A stretch of DNA of 64,000 nt, from the NCBI GenBank assembly GCA_965224505.1, contig CBDCZL010000018.1, positions 2,963,847 to 3,027,846 of the forward strand, written 5' to 3'. This document shows positions 57,206 to 64,000 of this stretch, one piece after another. Numbering within the stretch: the first letter of the stretch is position 1; each line of letters starts with the position of its first letter. Position numbers and translations under genes: made by a program. The notes beneath the pieces were generated by a model. That model ran no database searches. It was not told the DNA's origin and saw nothing but the letters and a program-made list of their open reading frames with translations. Source of the stretch: Woeseiaceae bacterium. GTDB lineage: Bacteria > Pseudomonadota > Gammaproteobacteria > Steroidobacterales > Woeseiaceae.

Positions 57206-58077
57206 CGGATAGTGAGCAGGATCTTCAGCAAACCATTCACCAGATTTCCGAGCTGGTCGAACGGCGCCGTATCGACTCGGCACGTTCGCTGCTTGGTACG
57301 GTTTTGCCCAAAAATCCGGACAACGTCGACCTGCTTGAGCAGGCGCTCTGGGTGGACTGGCTTGACGACGAGAACGACGCTGCACGCACCACTGTCGGAC
57401 ATCTACTGGAACTCGACCCGGACAACTTTGCCGCTCGCTACGCCCTCGTACAGCTAGAGAGAAGCGTCGACAATTTCGTGGATGCGGAACGGGTGCTTGT
57501 CGACCTGTTACGCGACTATCCGGAAAACGACACGCTGTACACGGTCTACGCGCGAATCATGCTCGAGACCTTCAATATCGACAAAGCCGAGAAGCTCGCG
57601 GTCGAAGCGCAGCGCCGCAACCCGGACTCGCTGGACTCGATGGCGATTCAGGCGCAGTGTGCGTTTATTCGCGAACCTGGCGCTGAACAACAGGCACGCC
57701 TCGAGCGCGTGTTACAGGAACACCCCGATCAGATTCAGACGACGATATTGCTGGTGCAGCGACTTATCGATCTGGGTAAGAACGATCAGGCCTACGAGCT
57801 TTCTCGAACACTGGCCGTTTCTCAGCCCGATAACCCGCATCTGATCGAGATGGCCGACGAACTGCGCTATGCCTCGCACTGGAGCCTGAAGCCGCTCTGG
57901 CCGATGCAGAAATGGGGCTGGGGCGCGTCCGTTGCGATCTGGCTGGGGGCGGTGATCTTCTTCCGGACGGACGTTCTGCCGGGTTACCAGGGGCCGATCG
58001 CAATCGCGCTGATCGCCTACGTGATTTATAGCTGGGTGTGGCCGCCGATACTCAAGCGGTTGATGGGTGTTTCATGA
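57202..58077 (+). CDS. TPR-repeat protein with two C-terminal TM helices
   Basis: MTDSEQDLQQT.... TPR-like helical repeats are followed by WGWGASVAIWLGAVIFF...IAIALIAYVIYSWVWPPIL. ATGA overlap with the next gene at 58074. Confidence 0.6.
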   Translation: MTDSEQDLQQTIHQISELVERRRIDSARSLLGTVLPKNPDNVDLLEQALWVDWLDDENDAARTTVGHLLELDPDNFAARYALVQLERSVDNFVDAERVLVDLLRDYPENDTLYTVYARIMLETFNIDKAEKLAVEAQRRNPDSLDSMAIQAQCAFIREPGAEQQARLERVLQEHPDQIQTTILLVQRLIDLGKNDQAYELSRTLAVSQPDNPHLIEMADELRYASHWSLKPLWPMQKWGWGASVAIWLGAVIFFRTDVLPGYQGPIAIALIAYVIYSWVWPPILKRLMGVS

Positions 58078-59306
58078 ACGACGACGAACTCAACGAACTG
58101 CAAAAACGATTGCTGGACGACCCGTTCGATATCGAGACGAGACTGAAATACGCGCGCGGATTGTTGGATCGCGCGTCTGCAGAGGATGCCAGTAAACAGT
58201 ATCAACTGGTTTTGAAAAGCGATGCGAACAACGCGGCGGCCGTCGTCGGGTCGGCGCGGTGCGCCATGCAGTCGGGCGACAATAAGCTGGCGCTGGACCT
58301 GTACTATCGCGCCCGCAATCTCGACGGCTTCGTACCTGACGATGCGCTTGAAAAACTGGCCGCCGACGCACAATCGCAAGGGCCCTCCCTGACGGTGGTC
58401 GAAAACCGGGGGGCCACAGTTTCGAGAATTCGTGACGAGTCGTCGGAGAAAGTCGTATTCGCAGACGTCGCGGGTATGGACAAGTTGAAGAAAGTCCTGC
58501 GGCTGCAGATCATCGAGCCGTTCCGCAATCCGGGCCTCTTTCAAAAATTCCGCAAGAAAAGCGGCGGCGGCGTCTTGCTGTACGGTCCCCCGGGTTGTGG
58601 CAAGACGTTCATGGCGCGGGCTATTGCCGGAGAATGCAACGCCGAGTTTCAGGCGGTCGGCATTAGTGACGTGCTGAACATGTGGATAGGCGAAAGCGAA
58701 CGCAACCTCGCGTCGATTTTCGAGCAGGCCCGTTCCCGAACGCCGTGCGTTTTGTTCTTCGACGAGCTCGACGCACTTGCCTACTCGCGATCGAAGACCT
58801 CGTCGAGCGCAGCGCGCACCGTGGTCAACGAGTTTCTCGCGCAGCTCGACGGTTTTTCAGACAACAACGAAGAGCTGTTAATTCTTGCGGCCACCAACAT
58901 GCCGTGGGACATCGATCCCGCGATGAAACGGCCGGGCCGGTTCTCGCGCCAGGTGTTCGTGCCGCCGCCCGACGAGGCGGCGCGTTTGGAAATGCTCAAA
59001 ATGAAGACGGTCGACGTACCAATCGACGATATCGACTTTCAGTCGATTGCGGCCAAAGCCGAGTTTTTCTCAGGTGCCGATATCGACGGTCTGATCGATC
59101 ACGCGAAAGACATCGTGCTCGCGGATATTCTCGATTCGGGCAGTGAACGTTTGCTGTCGAGCAGCGATTTTATCGAAGCGCTGGACAGCGTCGTTCCCAG
59201 CACGGTCGACTGGCTCAAGACCGCAAAAAACCTCGTGCGATTTTCCGGCGCCGACAATGCGTACAAGGATGTTGAGAAGTACCTCAAGAAGGTGAAACGG
59301 CTCTAG
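58074..59306 (+). CDS. AAA-family ATPase (classic clade) with an N-terminal TPR/MIT-like helical domain
   Basis: Walker A LLYGPPGCGKTF, Walker B VLFFDELDAL, and second region of homology ATNMPWDIDPAMKRPGRFSRQVFVPPPD. The TAG stop lies in the CTAG flank of MITE copy 3. Confidence 0.85.
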   Translation: MNDDELNELQKRLLDDPFDIETRLKYARGLLDRASAEDASKQYQLVLKSDANNAAAVVGSARCAMQSGDNKLALDLYYRARNLDGFVPDDALEKLAADAQSQGPSLTVVENRGATVSRIRDESSEKVVFADVAGMDKLKKVLRLQIIEPFRNPGLFQKFRKKSGGGVLLYGPPGCGKTFMARAIAGECNAEFQAVGISDVLNMWIGESERNLASIFEQARSRTPCVLFFDELDALAYSRSKTSSSAARTVVNEFLAQLDGFSDNNEELLILAATNMPWDIDPAMKRPGRFSRQVFVPPPDEAARLEMLKMKTVDVPIDDIDFQSIAAKAEFFSGADIDGLIDHAKDIVLADILDSGSERLLSSSDFIEALDSVVPSTVDWLKTAKNLVRFSGADNAYKDVEKYLKKVKRL

Positions 59307-59568
59307 TGGGCCGCTTGATAAATTCGGTCACTCTCAGAGTCCTTCTCAAGGGGCAGACCCAGGCGAAGCTGCGCCGGCATAGCGGGGCTATGTCAAGCCG
59401 CTTTAACACCGGTATGCCCCTTGAGAAGGGCTCCCGGTGGGTCGCACCACAACGCTCTTCGGCGGCGTTGAGCTCGCTTGAATTGGCGACGGCCAGGCCT
59501 GCGCTCGCTCGCCTTGCCCAGGGGCGTTGTGATGCGACTGAGAGTCACCGAATTTATCAAGCGGCCCA
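59307..59568 (-). mobile_element. 262-bp MITE, copy 3 (inverted relative to copies 1 and 2; variant terminal repeats)
   Basis: CTAG on both flanks (59303..59306 and 59569..59572). Both terminal repeats read TGGGCCGCTTGATAAATTCGGT.ACTCTCAG, compared with TGGGCCGTGCGGTAAATTCGGT.ACTTTCAG in copies 1 and 2. Confidence 0.85.
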
Positions 59569-59767
59569 CTAGCCGCCTGTTTAGAAAGAATTTCGGGACT
59601 TGATTGTTTCAGTGCTCGTTCTAGACCTGAAAATTCATGAAGGGATAATGCGGGCCACGATTCCGGGTTTTACATTTGTAGTTCTGGGTACGGCGATGTT
59701 TACGACAGCCTTTCGCACCTTCCCAATGTAAGTTCCAGGAGCGGTGTGCTGATTTTCTAGTTGCACT

Positions 59768-59777
59768 ATTGTACAAT
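59768..59777. promoter_or_regulatory. Perfect 10-bp palindrome ATTGTACAAT upstream of the ThDP-enzyme operon
   Basis: It lies 33 nt upstream of the ATG at 59810 and resembles GntR-type half-site dyads. There is no cognate regulator next to it in the window. Confidence 0.25.
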
Positions 59778-59809
59778 TACTGTCGGATTCTCCGTCGGAT
59801 ACCGCAGCG

Positions 59810-61546
59810 ATGAAAAAAACCGCAGCCGCGCTGGTCAGGCATGCTCTGGAGCAAATTGGCGTCCGGTATACGTTTGGCATACCAGGCGTTCATAACATCG
59901 AGCTCTACGATGAGCTAAAAAGTTCGGAGCAGATTCTGCCCGTGCTCGTGACCCACGAGGGCGGTGGCGCGTTCATGGCCGACGCGATCAGCCGCAGTAC
60001 CGATTCGATCGGTGTGCTCGCGATCGTGCCGGCTGCTGGTATCACGCACGCGATGAGTGGAATCGGCGAGGCATTTCTCGACGGTGTGCCGATGCTTATC
60101 ATTAGCGGCGGCATCCGTACGGATATGGACAAGCAGTATCAGCTGCACGACATCGATCAGCATGCACTCCTGAAGGCGTTGACCAAAAGCACATTCAAAA
60201 TTGAGCGCTATGAAGAAGCCATTCCCGTGGTTTATGAGGCCTACGAACTAGCCGTCTCAGGAGAACCGGGACCGGTGTTCATTGAATTGCCCGCGAATCT
60301 ACAGTTACTGACAGGCGACGTTGAGGAACTGCCTGAGTACCAGTCGGCGCCGAAAACACTGGAGCCGGATATCCGCTCGATACGGGATGCGGCCAACATG
60401 TTGCATTCTGCGAAGAACCCGGGTCTGTTCGTCGGCTGGGGTGCGAAAGACGTCACTGCCGAGCTGATACGCATCGCGGACTACCTGGGTGCGCCGGTGG
60501 CGACCACGCTGCAGGGGCTCGGCGTGTTTCCCGGCAACCATTCTCTGCATGCGGGATTCGGTTTCGGGCGTTCCGCAGTACCGGCGGCGGAAAACGCCTT
60601 CAAGGACTGCGATGTGATGCTCGCGGTGGGAACGCGCTTTGCCGAAATAGCCACCGGGAGCTATGGCGCCGAGCCTCCCGAGAAGCTGATCCACATCGAC
60701 ATCAACGCGGACGCGCTGAATGCCAACTATCCGGCCGCCATTGCGATCCATGCGGACGCCCGCGACACATTGCCAGCCCTCGCCGACCAGCTCATTGCCG
60801 ATGGCCGGCAAAGCTCACGTGAGGACGTCCGGTTGCAGATTGCGAAAGACAAGAGTGCCTACCGGGGCGAGTGGCATCGGCATGACTCCGCGGGAAGGGT
60901 CAATCCATGCCGGTTTTTCGATGAGTTGCGCAAACAACTCGCCGATGACGCGATCGTTATCGCCGACGATGGCAATCACACATTCCTCACAGCAGAGCTG
61001 ATGCCGATTCACTATGGCGGACTGTATCTGTCGCCAACCGACTTCAATTGCATGGGCTACTGTGTGCCGGCGACGATCGCTGCGAAACTCGCCTGGCCCA
61101 ATCGCGAGGTCGTTGGCATTGTGGGTGACGGAGCTTTCCTGATGACCGGACTGGAGTCGGCCACCGCGGCAGCAAACAAATTGGGTACCGCCTGGTTCGT
61201 TTTCAACGACGGTGAACTCGCGCAGATCGCACAGGCGCAGGAGGTGCCGTATCAGCGCCGCACCTGCACGACGGTCGCTGCAATCGACTATGCGGCACTC
61301 GCAACAGCGACCGGCTGCGAACATGTTTTGATTCGTGACGATAGCGAGATTGAGGCGGGTATTGAACAGGTGCTCGTGCTGACGTCGCAGGATCGCCCGG
61401 TTATTGTCGACGTTCGCATCGACTATTCGAAGAAATCACGCTTTACGGTCGGTACGCTGAAGACCAACCTCAAGCGTTTCGACACACGCAGTAAACTGCG
61501 TATTGTCGGACGGGCACTGTACCGGAAGATCACGGGGGTGGACTGA
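59810..61546 (+). CDS. Thiamine-diphosphate-dependent enzyme (acetolactate-synthase-like family)
   Basis: 578 aa. N-terminal pyrimidine-binding domain (GIPGVHNIELYD...HEGGGAFMADA) and the C-terminal ThDP motif GDGAFLMTG...NDG. Confidence 0.85.
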   Translation: MKKTAAALVRHALEQIGVRYTFGIPGVHNIELYDELKSSEQILPVLVTHEGGGAFMADAISRSTDSIGVLAIVPAAGITHAMSGIGEAFLDGVPMLIISGGIRTDMDKQYQLHDIDQHALLKALTKSTFKIERYEEAIPVVYEAYELAVSGEPGPVFIELPANLQLLTGDVEELPEYQSAPKTLEPDIRSIRDAANMLHSAKNPGLFVGWGAKDVTAELIRIADYLGAPVATTLQGLGVFPGNHSLHAGFGFGRSAVPAAENAFKDCDVMLAVGTRFAEIATGSYGAEPPEKLIHIDINADALNANYPAAIAIHADARDTLPALADQLIADGRQSSREDVRLQIAKDKSAYRGEWHRHDSAGRVNPCRFFDELRKQLADDAIVIADDGNHTFLTAELMPIHYGGLYLSPTDFNCMGYCVPATIAAKLAWPNREVVGIVGDGAFLMTGLESATAAANKLGTAWFVFNDGELAQIAQAQEVPYQRRTCTTVAAIDYAALATATGCEHVLIRDDSEIEAGIEQVLVLTSQDRPVIVDVRIDYSKKSRFTVGTLKTNLKRFDTRSKLRIVGRALYRKITGVD

Positions 61547-61547
61547 C

Positions 61548-62723
61548 ATGGAGCTAACGCCGGAACAGCAGGCCATACTTGACGGCGGCGAAGGTCCTGT
61601 TATGGCACGGTGCATGAAGACTCTGGTCGAGTACGGCAACGCGTTCAATGCGCCGAGACTCGTGCCGATCAAAAGCGCGCACCTGACGGGCAGCTTCAAG
61701 ATATTTTTTTATACGGCGTACTACGAGATCGTCCGGCAACTCGTCGACGCAGGCATTAGGGTCAAAGTACCGACGACGCTGAATCCGCGTCCGGGCTACG
61801 ACTACAAACCGCAGAACCGCATCATCTTCAAGAGCCAGAAGTGGCACGAATCACAGCTCGAAGCGCTCGGCATTACGCCAAATTACTCCTGCGTCTGTTA
61901 TCAGAACGTCAACGTGCCCGAATTCGGCGACGTACTGGGCTGGGCTGAATCCTCCGCCATTATCTTTGCTAATTCCGTGATTGGCGCGCGCAGCAATCGC
62001 AACTCGATCATGGTCGATATCTGCCAGGCGGTTACGGGTCTGACACCGGAATTCGGCTACCTGCTCGATGAAAATCGTAAGGGGCAGGTGCTCGTACGTC
62101 TCGACATCGACGAAATGGACGCACCGGCACTGGGTTTCCTGATCGGCCGCATCGCCGTCGACCGAAATCCCGTGCTGACCCACTACCCGTTTAGCTGGAG
62201 CGAACTCAAGAATATGGGTGCGGCAATGGCATCGTCCGGTGGCGTGACGATGTTTGGCGTCGAAAAGCTCACACCCGAGGCGCCGGACCTCGAAACGGCA
62301 TTCGGCGGCAAAGAACCCGAAGAGACAGTGACGATTACGCAAAAGGACCTCGAGAGTCTGCGCGCCACTGAACAACAGCAACAGGATTCTTCGATGATCG
62401 CTTTCGGTTGCCCGCAGATGACGCTCGAAGAGACGATAGAAATCAGCAGGCATTTCGTCGGCAAAAAAGTGAAGAAGCCCGTGACGTTTCATATGATGCC
62501 GGATGCCGCGCACGAATTTTCGAAAATGCCGCTGTATCAGGATGTATTGAATTCCGGTGTCGAGATTTATCGCCATTGTCCGCTTGCGGGTCTGTCATTG
62601 CGTATCGGGATCGGAAAAAAAGACGTACTGACGCCGTCCGGCAAGCTGTATTACTACCTTGAGGGAACCCGTTACGGCAGTCTCGACCAGGTGCTGGATG
62701 CGGCGGGAGTGCTTGAGACATGA
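61548..62723 (+). CDS. Aconitase X catalytic subunit (DUF521 family)
   Basis: MELTPEQQAILDGGEGPVMARCMKTLVEYGNAF...IKSAHL. The start lies 1 nt after the upstream stop. Confidence 0.8.
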   Translation: MELTPEQQAILDGGEGPVMARCMKTLVEYGNAFNAPRLVPIKSAHLTGSFKIFFYTAYYEIVRQLVDAGIRVKVPTTLNPRPGYDYKPQNRIIFKSQKWHESQLEALGITPNYSCVCYQNVNVPEFGDVLGWAESSAIIFANSVIGARSNRNSIMVDICQAVTGLTPEFGYLLDENRKGQVLVRLDIDEMDAPALGFLIGRIAVDRNPVLTHYPFSWSELKNMGAAMASSGGVTMFGVEKLTPEAPDLETAFGGKEPEETVTITQKDLESLRATEQQQQDSSMIAFGCPQMTLEETIEISRHFVGKKVKKPVTFHMMPDAAHEFSKMPLYQDVLNSGVEIYRHCPLAGLSLRIGIGKKDVLTPSGKLYYYLEGTRYGSLDQVLDAAGVLET

Positions 62724-63166
62724 ACCGCATTCCCTGCAACACGGTGATTGGCGGCGTGGCCGCGGGTCCTGCCATCGTTACGCGACAACCCATCAACTTC
62801 ACAGCCGCCATGTGTAAGGTGCAGAACATGCTGCCGAGCAAGCGTGCCGAGATTCGCGACTCGCACCATGAGCTGTTCAAGCAGAACATCGAAGATAAGG
62901 TCCTTATTTTCCCATCCTGCGTCGGATCGACGCACACGGGTCTCGTATTGCTCGACCTGGTCAGCATGGAGCGCGGTCCGGCCGCGTTGGTCGTCAGGCA
63001 AAACGACTCGCTGCTGATCTCGGGCGTCGTGTTGTCGGACGTCTGGTTCGGCAAGAAAATCCCGGTCGTCGAGTTTGAGGACGAACGTATTTACGATCTG
63101 ATTGCCGATGGCACCAACGTGACCGTCGATGCGGACCGGGCTGAAATACGCTTCCAGGCGGCCTGA
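62720..63166 (+). CDS. Aconitase X swivel-domain subunit (DUF126 family)
   Basis: 148 aa with ATGA overlap to the preceding gene. GGVAAGPAIVTRQPINF...KVLIFPSCVGSTHTGLVLLDL is typical of the small AcnX subunit. Confidence 0.75.
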   Translation: MNRIPCNTVIGGVAAGPAIVTRQPINFTAAMCKVQNMLPSKRAEIRDSHHELFKQNIEDKVLIFPSCVGSTHTGLVLLDLVSMERGPAALVVRQNDSLLISGVVLSDVWFGKKIPVVEFEDERIYDLIADGTNVTVDADRAEIRFQAA

Positions 63167-63177
63167 TTCGCTATTCG

Positions 63178-63999
63178 TTACTGCCGCCGCGGCAACAAAG
63201 TGGTCGTCGCAGACGGGATTTCAGGTGTAGTGCTGACGTCCTGCAATTCCCCCGCGAGCCAAAGCGGTAGCTGATCATCGTAGTGTGGGCTCGACGGGTG
63301 GCCGTGCTGCCCGCCCGGAATAACCGCTCGCACGGTCATCACCTCTCCCATCTCAGCAACGACGCGGACCGTTGCGCCGGCGCGGCCTTCAAACGGCTGG
63401 TCGTATCGATACCGCGCCCGCGCCAGCACCGGATGGCCGCCGCCCCAGCCATGAGGCCCGCGGCTGAGCCAGCGGTCCAGAAATGGAATGGCACCGTGCA
63501 GTTCATGGCGAAAGCTCGCCGTGTGGTCGTCGTCCCAGCGCCAGTTTTCCGGGTTGTCGCCATGCCGTGCTGCCAGGTCGTGGATGATGCCGGAAAACGT
63601 CTCGATCAATAGCGTTTCTCTGCGCCCCTGCCACCACGGTGAATCCGGTGGTCCGGTTATCAGTCGATCAAGTGCGTGATTCGTCACGTAGCTGCTCTTC
63701 AACAGTCGCGTCAGCAATTCATTGCTCATATGCTTGCCGAATACCGCTCTTGCGATCGCTGGATACCAGTGTTCCCAGATTAAAGCGCCGGCCGAATCCG
63801 CCGAGTTAAGCGGTGCGGCCGACCAGTCGCGCAGCATCGTGTAAGCACGTTGCTCCGCTTCCGATGATCGTGTCGAAACTGCATCAAGCATGCGCGGCAG
63901 CAGTTGTGCTGCCTGAGTGTTGAACTCGTCGAGCTGCAGTACCTGCATGTCGTCGAGCACAAAGTCGTCTCGTGCGGCGAGGACGTCGTGCAGTCGTCG
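63178..63999 (-). CDS. Penicillin-acylase-family (Ntn hydrolase) protein, C-terminal part; the gene runs off the window
   Basis: The reading frame stays open to the window edge. The C-terminal motif ...IPGGQHGHPSSPHYDDQLPLWLAGE is typical of penicillin/AHL acylases. Confidence 0.7.
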   Translation of the reverse strand, partial: RRLHDVLAARDDFVLDDMQVLQLDEFNTQAAQLLPRMLDAVSTRSSEAEQRAYTMLRDWSAAPLNSADSAGALIWEHWYPAIARAVFGKHMSNELLTRLLKSSYVTNHALDRLITGPPDSPWWQGRRETLLIETFSGIIHDLAARHGDNPENWRWDDDHTASFRHELHGAIPFLDRWLSRGPHGWGGGHPVLARARYRYDQPFEGRAGATVRVVAEMGEVMTVRAVIPGGQHGHPSSPHYDDQLPLWLAGELQDVSTTPEIPSATTTLLPRRQ

Positions 64000-64000
64000 C

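Noticed and set aside
56623-58077. The 484-aa ORF taken as a single gene.
   Set aside because: Its first 190 or so residues are an Arg/Gly-rich out-of-frame read of the membrane-protein gene (56735..57205). The TPR protein begins at the ATG at 57202, which overlaps the upstream stop.

Overview
All calls were made by eye from the ORF track and the raw sequence, with no searches run. Family names therefore rest on recognised motifs, and start codons and repeat edges are approximate. The window reads like a chromosomal segment of a TonB-receptor-rich, probably marine Gammaproteobacterium; that taxon guess is inferred from gene content only.

There are three blocks.

(1) 1-4.8 kb, core genes: a TctC-like binding protein, a TonB-dependent receptor and a secreted hypothetical protein.

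(2) About 4.9-27.2 kb, an accessory island:
- a 5'-truncated TniQ-like ORF;
- an AAA-ATPase plus S8-protease pair with the architecture of the IetAS defence system. Its protease gene is cleanly split by an IS66-family element with a perfect 8-bp target duplication;
- a run of minus-strand, cassette-like genes: an LRR protein, an acidic 152-aa protein, a lipoprotein with a Crp regulator, HigBA, an alpha/beta hydrolase and a membrane-anchored protein. Each is followed by a related imperfect-palindromic, attC-like repeat, yet no integron integrase is present in the window;
- two cassette slots occupied instead by plus-strand recombinase modules. One is an IS91-family transposase with a tyrosine recombinase. 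The other holds two tyrosine recombinases and a large serine recombinase.

(3) 27.3-64 kb, mostly metabolism:
- a sulfated-glycan / sugar-acid utilisation locus with dehydrogenase, lactonase, IlvD/Edd dehydratase, kinase and KDPGal-type aldolase genes. It also carries SSS symporters, TonB receptors, a sulfatase and GH-like enzymes, and three promoters share an operator-like motif;
- a Kef-type antiporter;
- decayed usp and HTH/VOC genes;
- a translationally coupled membrane/TPR/TPR-AAA operon;
- a ThDP-enzyme plus two-subunit aconitase-X operon;
- a partial penicillin-acylase-family gene.

A 262-bp MITE flanked by CTAG occurs three times. One copy splits the hydrolase gene. Another carries paired compensatory changes in both terminal repeats.

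No rRNA, tRNA or CRISPR array was found.
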